DNA of 64,000 bases from Lama guanicoe (lineage: Eukaryota): positions 11,137,003 through 11,201,002 of the forward strand of contig MU053934.1 of NCBI GenBank assembly GCA_013239625.1, read 5' to 3'. Within the stretch, counting starts at the first letter, position 1, and each line of letters starts with the position of its first letter. Shown one piece after another: positions 48,931-61,410 of this stretch. Position numbers and translations under genes: made by a program. The notes beneath the pieces were generated by a model. That model did no database searches and had not been told where the DNA came from. It saw only the letters and a program-made list of their open reading frames with translations.

Positions 48931-51900
48931 TTGCCTGGGTGGCTTTGTGAGACACCAGCCACCATCACGTGACAGACCATGGGCCTCTTTTCAAGGATTT
49001 AGATTTCATCATGTGAGTGGCCCCTTGTAGCAGAAGTGCATTTGCTGAATGTGGCCAGTGTTTGGTCTGTTTCAGCTCCGTCTTCATCTCAAGGTTCCAG
49101 GAAGAAGACGGAACAGATTTTAAAGGCAGAGCAGCAGAAACCCACGCGGTGGAGCGGTGACCGCTGGCCCCCCAGCTCTGAAGCCCAGCGCGTGTGAGCG
49201 TGACGCAGGCGGCCTGTCAGATGCTGTCGTCATGGAGATGCTACAAGGCGCTCCAGGCACCATCCCTCTCTCAGGGGTTCAAAAGGGTTCTGCCTGTTAC
49301 ATCGGGGGAAGCTGGCAGGACACGCAATACCTCTGTCCACTCAACACGCCAACACCGCCTGCTGGACCTGGAGGGAGCAGGTCGATAAACCTCCTCCAGG
49401 GGACGGGACCCTCAAACCTGATGCCCGGTTTGCTCGCTCCTGGTTCTCGGGGCCAGTGAGGCAGCCGGTGCTTCTGAGAAACAGAGGAGCCAGACTCAGC
49501 GCCACCGAGCACACGTGACGTGGCCTGGAGAGTGTCCTGTTGGGAGTCTGCAGGGCCTAGAAGGTTCCGCGGGGCGGGCCAGCCACCTGTGACTGGACAC
49601 TTGGCACAGCCTCGTCTCCCACCGGTGCCGTGACCAGGGCTTTTGCCGGTCAGATTTCCATCAGGGCGGCTGCAGGCCCAGCACGTCCTTCCCTGCAACC
49701 CAGGTGGACGCAGTGGGGAGGGCCAGGAGCTGGCCCGCCATGCAGGCTCTCCCGCAGGCTTCCCGGCCTTGGACTTGGGTCTCCTTTCCTGTTTCCCGCG
49801 CTCAGGTTCGGCGTCTCCACTTACCAGGCGCCGACAGGAGCTCCTCCAGAGGTGGGAGCTGGTCCTCAGCTCCTCGCTGTGTGGAACCCATGTTTGCACT
49901 GGGCTCTGAGCCCGAGGCCTGACCCGGCCTCCCTGTCGTCATACTGTCCGGGGGCTCCGGGGCCTCCAAAGAGCCAGTGCTGCCGAGGTCAGTCCAGACT
50001 GGCCGCCGCTGTCGGTCATGTACACGTGTGTATGGATAAGGCTCTGATGGCTGAGGTGTGGACACAGGAATCCCACCTGGTTCCACTCTGACTTGGAAGA
50101 CTGGCTCTGGCAGGTGTTTTTACCTGCATAGTGGATGGGCCGTTAGTGACTTCCTAGTCCACTGAAGTTCTAGGAGGAGAGGTCATCTGGGCCACGGGGT
50201 CCTCATGGTCAATGCCTTGCCTTCCGGCCCAGCTGTAATGCAGGCGAGGACCCTATTTGTCCCAGGAGTCTCCCCTCTGGAGCTCCTCACGCTCCTTTCC
50301 CACCAGGAGCCCCCGCCTTGTCCAGCACGCAGCAGCCCTGAGACTCCCTCTGCAGCCCCACCCTTGCTGGTCCCTGTGTCTCCGTGACGGCTAAGTCCTC
50401 TTCGATGCCGGGGTGGAGGTGACCTCCTGTGGAGGCACTGCCCAAATTTGCTCCTGAGACTTTATTCATGCAAAAGAAGGACCCCCCCATGCAGGGCTGC
50501 AGTGTCTAGAACCAGTCCTGCAGACCTGAGCCCCGCAGACAGGACGGGGCATCCCCCGAGGCCCCCGGAAGCACCGGCCCAGGGAGAGTGGGGCCTCCAT
50601 GTGGTTCCTTCGTGGTCACTCTCTTCTGCTCAGAGAACACAGCATGTGCACCTGTCCTTTGACAGAGCAGGACGGGCTGGCGTACAGCCCAGATGCTGCT
50701 CACTCGCAGTGACCCAGAGGAGGTCCTCACCTGTAAAACCACATGGCCGGTGCTGCCACCGCCTCCACCTGGGAATGGCAGGGCCCTGACCAGCAGAGGT
50801 TCACCTGGATGTGGGTTCCCCTACGTGCCTGGCACAGGAGGGCCAGACACGCCAGCCATCGCATCGCGGGACGCTGTGCTGTGTTCACACCCCAAGTGAT
50901 GGGGGCTCTGGGAGGCGTGTCCACCTGCACGCGGCGCCAGTCTCTGAGCTGAGCAGTCCTTGGAAAGTGCCCCCAGCACGACACTTGACTCCTGTGAAGG
51001 AGCAGCCCGAGGAGCCTTCTGGAATGCGTCCACCGGCCTGCGACCTCCAACAGCCCACGCAGGCTTGCCTGGCCTCAGAGAGCCCCGTAGCCCGTGAGCT
51101 GTCAGCGCCGCGGGTGGGTGCGTGTTGGGCTTCTGGAGACAAGATGGGTTCTGTCCTGAGCAGGGGCTGAGGGCAGTAGGTGGGGGTGGCCGACCCTGAC
51201 GGCAGATGGGGGGGTGAGTGCGCAGAGCCCACCAGCTGGGAGAAAAAGTGGGGGACGCGGGAGGGCTGGGCCGTCAGGCGGGCTTCCACCCAAGGACTGT
51301 GTTGGGTGGGAGGCGTCCTGTAGGTCCCCTGGCCTTGGGACCTTTGGGGGAGTTGCGTGTGGTCAGTTATCCAGCCCAGCCTGGCCCCGACACAGCAGCT
51401 GCCCGAGCTGGGCCAGCTGGTCTCCTGCAAAGAGATGTTGGAGTCTGTGCGTGGCGCGGCCCTGCATCCAGAGGCGAGCGTGCTGATCCAGCCCCGAGGC
51501 GACGCTGGTGCATGAGGGGCCCTGCGCACATGGCCCTGCTTTCCCCTCGCTCAGTTACCGTCTGTGCCAAGGCCACTGGGTCCAGGCTGAGGCTGCATTT
51601 CAGAGGAGGGTGGGTGCTCGGCAGTGATAACCTGTGTCTCCACAGGATGGAGCGGTGGGTGCTTGCCCCGGGCCACCTGGAGAGCCAGGGACAGGCCGGC
51701 CATCCCTGCGGGGGTCTGGCTGTGTCCACTGGCTCCGGGGCTTCGCCCAGCTCTGGCTCCACCGTTCTTGTTTTGCTAGAGTTCAGTACTTACTGTTTGT
51801 TTTTTGAAAACAAAATTTCCCCTAATGATTATAGCTTTAAGAATTAAATTTAAGACAAACGTTCATTGGGCAATAATCGACTTCAAATTTGAGAGAAAAC

Positions 51901-52284
51901 AAATAGCGGATTCTGCCACGAACTGTTCTTACAGCGACACTGTGTCCTGCAGTCTTGTTCTGGCCCCCTGTGAGATCTGGTGGCAGGCCTCCTTCAGGAA
52001 GCTCCCCTGGATCTCCCCCGCCCCCACTGTGCTCCAAGGCCCCTGAGGGCAGGAACACCGCCACGTCCTGCTCTGTAGCCTGTGGCCGTCCCCCCAGGCC
52101 TCCACGGAGGAGGCAGATGGTGAGTGTGGACGTTGAGATGTCAGTCTTTGCCCTTTCCCGCCTCTGCCTGGGCAGGCAGGGAGGTCTGAGCATCACCCGT
52201 ATCTCACAGACTTCCTTCCCACGCGTTAGAAGCACTTGGGGACTGAAAGAAAGGACTTCAGTTGTTTGCAAAAATTTAGTCCTT

Positions 52285-54945
52285 AGGAGCAATGGACAAA
52301 TTCTTAGAAAGGTGCCACCACTCAAGACCGAACCAGGAGGAAATAGAAAATATGAACAGACCAACTGCCAGTAATGAAATGGAATCAGTAACTTAAAAAC
52401 TCCCAGCGAACAGAAGTCCAGGACCTGATGTCTTCACAGGTGAATCCTACCATGTTGGGAAGAGGTAACACCTGTCCTTTTGAAACTATTCCAAAACATT
52501 TCAGAGGAAGGAACACTTCCGAACTCACTCTGTGAGGCCAGCATCACCCTGATACCAAACGCAGACAAAGATACCACAGAAAAGGGTTACCGGACAGTTT
52601 GCTGGTGACCATGCAGAAATCCTCAACAAGATACCAGCGTGGCGAATCCAGCAGCACATGCACAGGGCCATGCACCGCGATCTAGTGGGATTTACCCCCG
52701 GGAGGCCAGGATGGTTCAATATCTGAAAATCAAACAATGGGATACGCTGTGTTAACAAAGTGAAGAATAAAAAGCATGTGATCGTCTCAATAGATGCAGA
52801 AAAAGCTTTTGATAAAATTCAAAAGTCTATTTATGGTGGGAAAAAACCAAAACTCTCCAGAAAGTGGGCATAGGGGGAACATACCGCAACAACATAAAGT
52901 CTGTGTGCGGCAGACCCACAGCTAACGTCATGCTCAGTGCTGCAAAGCCGAGTGCATTTCCTGTAAGACCAGGGACGAGGCAGGATGCCCACTCTCATCA
53001 ATTTTATTCAACGTAGCTCTGGGGAGTCCTAGCCAAAGCGATCAGAGAAGAAAAAGAAATAAAAGGAATACAAATTGGAGAGGAAGAAGTAAAACTGCTG
53101 CTGTCTGCAGCTGACAGGACACCACACACAGAAAATCCAAGAGGCGCCACCGGAAAACTGCTAGAGCTCATCAATGAATCCGGGAAGGTTGCAGGATACA
53201 AAATTAACACACAGAAATCAGTTGCATTTCTATATATTACCACTGAAGTATCAGAAAAAAAAATTACGGAAACAATCTCATTTACCATCACATCGAAATG
53301 AGTAAAATCCCTAGGCATAATCCTGTCTAAAGGGGCGGAACTGGACACGGATGGAGGAGCTGCAGACAATGCGAACAGATGGAAGCGCACGCCCTGTGCC
53401 TGGGCTGGAGGAATCAGTGTTGTTAAAATGACCGTCCCATCCAAAACCATCCGCAGGCGCGGTGCAACCCCTGTCAGATCACCAGTGGCGTTTTTCACAG
53501 AACTGGAACAACAGATTGTTAAAATTCGTATGAAAACACAAAAGGCCCCAAACAGCCAAAACAATCTTGAGAAAGAAGAATGGAGCTGGAGGCGTCACCC
53601 TCCCTGACTTCTGGCTACACTGCAAAGCTGCAGCCATCAGAACAGTATGGCCCTGGCACAAGGCCGGACGCATAGCTCAGTGGGACAGGGTAGAGAGCCC
53701 AGAAACAAACCCACGCACCTATGGTCGATTATCCTGTGACACGGGGGGCAAGAATATACAATGGAGAAAAGACAGTCTCTTCAGTAAGTGGTGCTGGGAA
53801 GCCCGGACAGCTGCCTGTGGAAGAGTGAACTTAGAACAGTCTGTGACAACATAGACAAAAATAAGCTCAAAGTGGATTAAAGACCTAAACAACACTGTGA
53901 AAGCCCTAGAGGAGAACAGGCAGAGCACCCTTTGACGTAGATGGCCCAATGTTTTTTGAACCAGCTCCTGGAGTAATGGAGATAAAGACAAAAGCAAACA
54001 AATGGGACCTAATTAAACTTAAAAGCCTTTGCACAGCAAAGGGAACCTTTAACAAAATGAAAAGCCAGTCTGCTGGGTGGGAGAAGATCTTTGCAAATGA
54101 TACGACCTGTAAGGGGTGAACATCCAAATATAAAAGAGCTCACGCAACTCAGCATCAAAACTACAACCTGCTTGAAAAATGGGCAGAAGAGCTGGTTGAT
54201 GTTTTTCCAGAGAGGAAACGCCGACAGCCAACAGGCACATGGAGAGATGCTCAGCATCGCTCATCATCAGGAAAATGCAAATGAGAACCTCAGTGAGATG
54301 CCACCTCACACCTGTCAGGGTGGCTGTTATCAGAAAGGACACCAATACGAAATGTTGGTGGGGATGTGGGGAAAAGGAAACCCTCATGCCCGTGGGTGGG
54401 CACGTAAGCTGGTGCAGCCACTGTGGACAACATTACGGAGGTTTCTCAAAAAACTGAAAATCGAGCTACCATATGATCCAGCAATCCCAGTCCTGGGTAT
54501 ATATCTGAAGAAAAAAGCCCCACAAATTTACAAAGGGACCTGCACCCCAGTGTTCACAGCAGCACTGTTGACAATTTCCAATCTGTGGCAGCAACCCCAG
54601 TGTCCACTGACAGATGCCTGGAGAAAGAAGCCATGGTGTATATACAGTGGAGTACTACTCAGCCATAACAAAGGACAGCATGTGGCCATTGGCAGCAACA
54701 TGGATGGACTTGAAGGGCATTATGCCAAGTGAAATGAGTCAGACAGAGAAAGACAAATACTGTATGATATCACTCATATGTGGAATCTAAAAAAATACAA
54801 CGAACTAGCAAATAGAACAAAAAAGAGGCAAGCTCACAGATACAGAGAACAAATTAGTGGTGATGGGCAGGGGATACGTGAGTAGGGGAGGGGGAGGGCA
54901 AATAACTGAGAGCAAGACAGGCTCAAGGACGTGTGTATGACACGG
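52285..54945 (+). mobile_element. 5'-truncated L1: decayed ORF2 (RT to C-terminus) and partial 3'UTR
   Basis: [71 protein letters not shown]; many stops, frameshifts and deletions. Confidence 0.93.
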
Positions 54946-56794
54946 AGACAGCCCCTCCCCAGGCCCGAGTCCCGAGCCGAGTCCGTGCTGTGGCGGCGCC
55001 CCGCCCGGGCCCAGCCGGTCTCCGCAGGGTGCTGCGTCTCTCCAGGGCGCTGCGTCTCTCCCTGGGAGGCTCGTGCATGTCCTGGGTGTGGGACCCTGAG
55101 TGTTGGGGGCTCTCTGTGCCGACAGCCTCGTCTGTCTGCAGCCTCTCTGCCCAGGGATGCTGGCGGGGGCAGTCAGTGAGGGATGTTTGGTCCAGGTGGC
55201 CTTGGTGGGGACAAGGGCACATGGCTTCCGGGTGGAGTGGAACAGAGGGGGACTCAGCCCTCCTTCCCTGCCCTTCATTACTGTGAGGTCTCCGATCTCC
55301 AGTGGGCATGTGCCCCATCTTAATGCTCATATTGGCCAGAGGTGACAGCCAGCGTCAGGGATCTTTCCTGAGCCCCCTATGTGGAATCCAGGGCAGGCCA
55401 CCAAGTGGCTGCCCTGCCTATGCACTGGCGCCAGACGGAGTGAACACATGCTCCTCTGAAATTCCAAATTGCAGAATTTTCATCTCAATTAATGTAACAA
55501 TGAGCTTGGAAAGGCGGCAGTGGGCATTGGCAAATTAAATGACACCTTCTTGGCGTCTTGCGTTGCTGAGAAGGCCAACTGATTATTTTTATATTACGAT
55601 CCCTAGGCATTGTCAAATTGATTAATAAATTCACAGAAAACCGATTACCTCTTAATAAATTTAATTTCGGTAGTTGGGGATAACTTTCCTGTGACCTCTG
55701 AGTGTGGGCTCCCTGGGCAGCAGCGTGGGGCTGACTTCTCCTGCAGCAATGGCACACACGTGAGATGGCAGGGCAGTGACCTCTTGTCCCCTAGGAGCAT
55801 GTGGAGTCCTGGGGGTGGACAGTTCTGTCAGCTGCCTTTCAAGGGACATGGTCCCTGGATCTCTCCAGGTGGCTTCTGTGCTAGACAGAGTGGGAGCCTG
55901 CTGGGCCACCCCGTCTCCATTGTCAGCCAGTTGACTCGTCCCAGCTGAGAATCACCAGCCCCAGAGGGACGCCAGAATTTGAGCACAAAGCTCTGAGCTT
56001 CCTGGCAGACAAGGCAAAAAGGGGAAATCACTGGGTGTAGGGCCCTCAGTGTCCATCAAGGATTAAGCTCAGAAGGTTGAAAAAACACTAGCAAGGCTGT
56101 TACTCTGGCTGTCACAGTACCTTGACAAATGATCTTCAACCTCCAAAACCAGGCAAGGTGGGCACCATCATTTCCTTTTTTTAGGGCAAAACCAGAGAGG
56201 CCCAAAGAGGGACTGATATGCAGCTGGGTGGGCATGTCCCTGAGAGATGGACCGGGCCCTCCCCAGGGTAGGGAACAGTGATGCAGAGCTGCTTTGGGGT
56301 CAGAGAAACCCCAGCACAGGGCCAGCAATGGGGACGGCATGGGGATGGACCCACCGGACCACAGCTTCCTGCTCTACAGAACAGGGATTTGGGGTGCTAG
56401 TCCGGCTTGGCCCCTGCTGGATGACCCCTTCCCCTGTCTTCCCCATGCCCCTCCTCTGGCACCTTGGCCTCAGACCAGATGACCTCAGCTCCCCGATCCT
56501 GCCTGTGGGATCCCCCCGACTCCTCTCCTGCCTTCTGGGGCAGGCGGCACCCCCCCACCTGCCCAGCACCTGCTCTCCTGCAGTGCGGCGCCTTCATTCC
56601 CCAGGACCTCGCTCATCAAGGTCACCATGTCACCATCACCAGGGCCAACCCTGAGGTCTTTTGGGGGCTTGTGGCGCCAGTGGCCGCGCCCCCCCAGCCC
56701 CTCCCCATCTCCTCCTCCCGCTGCTGGTCCTGGTTTGTCTCTTGCTAACCTCATTCTCCTGGGGTGCACTCTGTCTTCTGTATGTGGAGGGCTG

Positions 56795-56855
56795 CCCCCA
56801 CCCTTGCCCCCTGCCCCCTACCCCTGCCCCCCACCCCCTGCCCCTGCCCCCTGCC
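56795..56855 (-). repeat. C-rich (CCCCTG-like)n tract, G-quadruplex/i-motif potential
   Basis: Nine or more C3-C6 runs separated by 1-3 nt. Confidence 0.75.
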
Positions 56856-57964
56856 AGGTATGGGCCTTAGCTCTGATGAGAGGGGTGATCCAGGCTGTCA
56901 GTCTTTGTAGGCAGCTGTCCTGGTCCAGGGGACTGAATGCAGAGACCCCACCCTGCCCAGAGCAACCCCGCTGGCTGTCCTGCCAGCGCCTAGCCTCACC
57001 CAGACCCCACCCCCCTGCCCCTGCCCGCCATGCGTCCTTCGCAACCTCGGCCTTGACCTCCCTGGCAGCAAGTCGGGGAGAGACGAAGGTGAGAGGCTGC
57101 CCCAGCAGCTGCTCCGATCAGCCCGGCGTGTGCCCCATTAACTCGGCGGTGCGCCACCCGAGGTCTGATTAAACCAGATGGCGGTAAAACCCGAGTGGAG
57201 GCACGGAGACGCCTTTGCATTTACGTGGATCGAAATTAGGTGGAATGGCATATGTTAGTGGAGATTAAGAATTTTTTACCTACATACTAACAGCTCTTCT
57301 GAACACCCTCCGTGGTGATCCCAGCCCAGATCTCTCCTTTCACACCACTTAATTCTGGCTGCCCTGGTTCTCTGTTCCCCGAGACCTCTGGGCAGCTGGG
57401 TTTTGGTGCCACTTAAGCCAGTAGAGTGTTCGGTGCCGACGTCACCATCGTGGGTGGCATTGTGGCTGAAGAAAAAGACACTGGCCTGCTGCTCCCATCG
57501 GGAGCTGGTGGGCACTTCCCGGGGTCCCACAACCCCGCAGATGGCCGTCTCCATGGCGATGCGACGACTCTAGCTTTGCTTGGTGGGGCCCACCTGCCGG
57601 CACCCTCTGAGCCTACATTGTCCTGTCTCGTTGTTGTGTCTCTGGCTAGGGGGTTGGTCCCTCCAGGGTGCCCACCCGGCATGGAGGGGAGGCTGTGCCC
57701 CACAGGGGGCAGCACCTTCTGGGGGGATGGTAGCTGCAGCCTCGGTCAGGCCCTTGCTGGGCACCCCTTCCAGGCAGTGTCCTCGGCCCCATGGGTTGTG
57801 GCCCTGGTGCGCGGGTGTGTGCGGCGGAGCAGGGGGGTGGGGTCTGGGTGAGGCTAGGTGTGGGGCCGGGGACCTGTGCGTCCAGGCTCTCTGGGTGGGG
57901 GAGAGTCTCACTCTGGCTCTCTCGGGGAGAATCTGGAGCTCCTGCAGCCTTTTAAAAAGTTCCC

Positions 57965-58160
57965 TTGTTTTACTTTTGTGTTGAGGTGAAATTCATGTGA
58001 CAGAACTCACTGTGTGCAGCGTGCGCTTGCTTGGTCGGCATTGAGGGAGTTCACGGTGTGGCCGCCGTCTCGATCAAGTTCCCAAACATCGTCATCCCCC
58101 ACAAAGGAAACCCCGGGCCCGTCAAGCAGGCCCTGCCCGTCACCCCCCCCCCCGAGAAAC
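57965..58160 (-). mobile_element. L1MB-type 3' terminus
   Basis: TTGAGGTGAAATTCATGTGACA, GTTCCCAAACATCGTCATCCCCCACAAAGGAAACCCC. Confidence 0.7.
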
Positions 58161-61025
58161 CTCCAGACTCACAGCCTTTGTGAAGCAAAGGCCCAGAGAC
58201 CCCTTGGGTCCTCACGTGCGGAGGGTCCGCGGGCGGTTCTGAGCGCCGGAGCAGGCACACCGTCTTCCCTCTCGGCCCCGAGCAGGGAACAGAGACCTGG
58301 CTCTGCCGCCGCTGCCCAGCTCCCTGACCTCGGGAGAAACCCCTTGTGCTGGGGGCCCTCAGGGTCTGGCACCGGCACACAATGGACAAGTCACCCCTTG
58401 ATCCATGACCCCTGCCCCGCAGGACGCTCGCTCCAGGCCCTGCATCCTCCCCGAGATGCCCCAGGGCCTCCGTGTGGGCCTGGGCTGGAGATGGGGGTGG
58501 CCCTGGGCCCTGGAGCTGGCACTGTGGCTCCGCCCGGCTGGTGAGGCTGGCACACCGACATCCGGGGCTTCTGCCCGAGGGCTTGGCTCTGGGCCATCTG
58601 GGGGCCTCCAGTTGCGTCCCAGTGGGAAGCAGCCCCTTGCCGGGGCACAGCAGGCCCCGGGCTCCTGGATCCCCTCAACCAGGGCAACAGGGAGGTGGAC
58701 GGCGTAATTCCCGGGTGGGGCCCACAGCCATGGCCGGCCCGGGATGGGGCGGAGGCGGGAGCGGGGCGGTCTCCCCCTTCCCTCCCTCCCCTGGCCCCCC
58801 TCCCCCGTCCGTCTTCTCCGGGCAGGCTCGGGGTGGGGGTGAAGTCCTGGCAAAGCCTGCTCTGTTTTCTAGCCCAGTAATGCTCACATGTGACAGCAGA
58901 GGGGACAGTCCCCATGAAAAGCCCCTTTGTCTCTCCGGCTAATTAAGAAATAGCAATGGGCTCCGAAAGGGGCCCTGGCCCCAGGTCCTCCCTGGATGGC
59001 GGCCATGGTCCTGAGGGGCTGGACGAGTGCATCCAGGAGTGCACTGGGATTCACAGCAGACCTTCCAGCCCCCACACAGCATCCAGCCACTCCGGGGGCC
59101 TCGTCCACGGTCTGCGTGCTGTGGCCTTCTGCCCTTGTGGGCCAGGCTTCGGAGCTGAGGCCTGCTTTGGTGTCGGTGCTAGGAGGCCCAGGCAGGGGTT
59201 GGTGTGCTGAGGCTCGGCCCTCTTCCCTGTGAAATGGGCCAGTAGCGCTGCTGAGCCCAGACGCTGAGGCTGACTCCAGGCGCCCGCTCGCGGTGCCCTC
59301 AAAGCCAGGGGGTGCCCACATGGGGCTGCCCTCCTCCTGCACGGGCTGCAGGTGGTCTGAAGTGGCACCTCGTGTGCAGCCCCTGCGCCCCACCTGGGCG
59401 CCCCTCCGCACTCCAGTGTGTACCGCCAGCGAGCACCCGGGGATGGACACCAGAAGACCCACCTTGGAGACGCCAAGCAAGGCTCGCCCGGGATCAGAGC
59501 ATCTCCCTCAGTGACCCTCGCCGGGGTCCCGCCTGCTGCCATGACCCTCGAGAGCAACAGGGCTGTGTCCGGAGCAGAGGGCCAGCGAGGGAGGCCTCTG
59601 TGATCGCCGGGCAAAGCCAGGGATGCTGCTGCAGGTTCCAATTTGCTCGGAAAGAAGACGTCCAACCTCTGAGGTCCGACGGGCGCTGCACGGGCTCCTG
59701 CGTGCGCTGCGGGCCCGGGTCCCACAGACTTGCTGGAGCTGGTTCAGCTCTCAGCTGGGACACCTCTTGATGGAACCCAGAGCTGCTCGGCCTCTGGGGC
59801 CTTGGTTTACTGGTCTGTGTAATGGGGGCAGGAGCCCAGGAAGGCTTACTTCCAAGGCTTGTTGCCAGGCCTCCCTGGGTTAATGTAGGTGAGTGAGGGT
59901 CTCACAACACCCCCTCCAACCTGGACGGCAGCTCAGCCGGGTCCCCATTGCCCCCATCACCACCAGTGACCTCACAGGACACGGGTCCCAGCGAGGATGC
60001 CCATCTGTGATGGAATGGCCCCGGGACCCCTCCTGCACAGCAGGCATCTTGTACGTCTCCCCCATATGGTCCCACCCAGGAATCCCAAAGCCTCAGGGGC
60101 TCTCCGGAGGCAGGCGGGACTGGACAACGATGGCCAGTTTGTCGATGAGAAAACTGAGGCTCCCAGTGGAAAATTATTTCCCCACGGCACAGTAACGCTG
60201 AGGGGCGTCCACCCAGCGTCCCCCCCAGCGCTGTGCTGACAGTCCCTCTGCCAGGGGCAGGCCCTGGCCTTCCTCCCGGGGAGCAGTTGTCACCTGCGTG
60301 GAAGGTGCAGGCTGGGCCAGGAAGCGCCCGGGGATGGCCCCGGCCTCGTGCGGTCAACAGGCCCTTAGGGGCTCGTCCCGAGCAGAGAGCTCTGGGGGAG
60401 TTTAAATTTGAAAATTAACATGAAATCAGAAGAGACAGAGTAATTTTTCATTCTGCTTGAAAGGTTATTTGCTTTCTCGGCCGATGCTTAGTGTACTGAT
60501 ACATGATGTCAAAAGGTAAATGATTTTAAACCAGATTCAATTTAAATTTCATTACATATTTGTAGGAGACGGAGGTGCCAAGAACCCCTTGCTTTCTCTT
60601 GGAGGATCTTTCACTTTTAATAACTCTGGTGCCCAAAGCCCTCTTCTGTTTATTACACAGTCAGGTAGCAGGGGTGATACTGCCCGTGCTCCCCAGAGCC
60701 CCCCAAAAGTGTCTGTGAAATAGGCTGTGCTGGGGACCCAGCGCAGCCCGGCAGTCCTGGGGAGGCAGGCTGGAGACCCCGGTCCCAGGAGCCACCTGGC
60801 CCAAACACCGTGACTGTGGACAAGCTGCACCCTTCTAAGCCTGGTCTCCCTATCTGCAATGTCGCTGACCTCCCGTGAAAGTGAGGACAAGGGCCAGGCT
60901 CCAGGTGTCCTGTCGAGGTCTAGTCTTGGCTTGGCCACTTAGTTGCTGTGCAACCTTGGACCAGTTGCTCAGCCCCTCTGGGCATGGTGTCCTCCCCGAC
61001 ACAGGGAGAGTGGTAGTGCCACTCA

Positions 61026-61410
61026 TGTGAACTGGATAGCATCCCCTCAAAATCCGTGTACACGTGGAACCTCAGAATGTGACCATATTTGGAAATAGGG
61101 TCTTTGCAGCTGTAATTAGCTAAGATGAAGTCATACTGGAGTAGGGTGGCCCTAAAGCCCATGATGGGGGTCCTTGTAAAATGGGGAGGGGACACAGAGA
61201 CACAGACACACATGGAGAAGCCACGTGATGACTAAGGCGGAGATCCAGTTATGCATCTTGGGATGCCAAGGATGCTGGCAAACCCCAGAAGCCGGGGGAG
61301 AAGCCTCGGAAGGAACCAGCCCTGCAGACACCTTGCTCTCTTGTGAGAGGATGAGTTTCTGTGGTGCAGTTTGTGGCACCCGTGGCGGCTGCCCTAGGAA
61401 GCAGATGCCC
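61026..61410 (+). mobile_element. MLT1 (MLT1C-like) solo LTR
   Basis: ACCTCAGAATGTGACCATATTTGGAAATAGGGTCTTTGCAG, GCCAAGGATGCTGGCAA, GGAACCAGCCCTGCAGACACCTTG, GCTGCCCTAGGAA. Confidence 0.88.

Noticed and set aside
48928..48950. TERC-derived fragment at the array junction (GGGTTGC...)
   Set aside because: Only about 7 nt resemble the TERC 5' end and five of them are explained by the repeat itself.
52285..54945. Active L1 / functional reverse transcriptase
   Set aside because: 5' truncated, multiple stops and frameshifts; the catalytic FADD motif reads SAADR.
55027..55062. 18-bp tandem duplication (also an 11-bp one near 6820-6843)
   Set aside because: Two-copy slippage products with no further structure.
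57695..57713. CTCF-like motifs (also near 4258 and 39371)
   Set aside because: Each has core mismatches and such matches are frequent by chance at this GC level.
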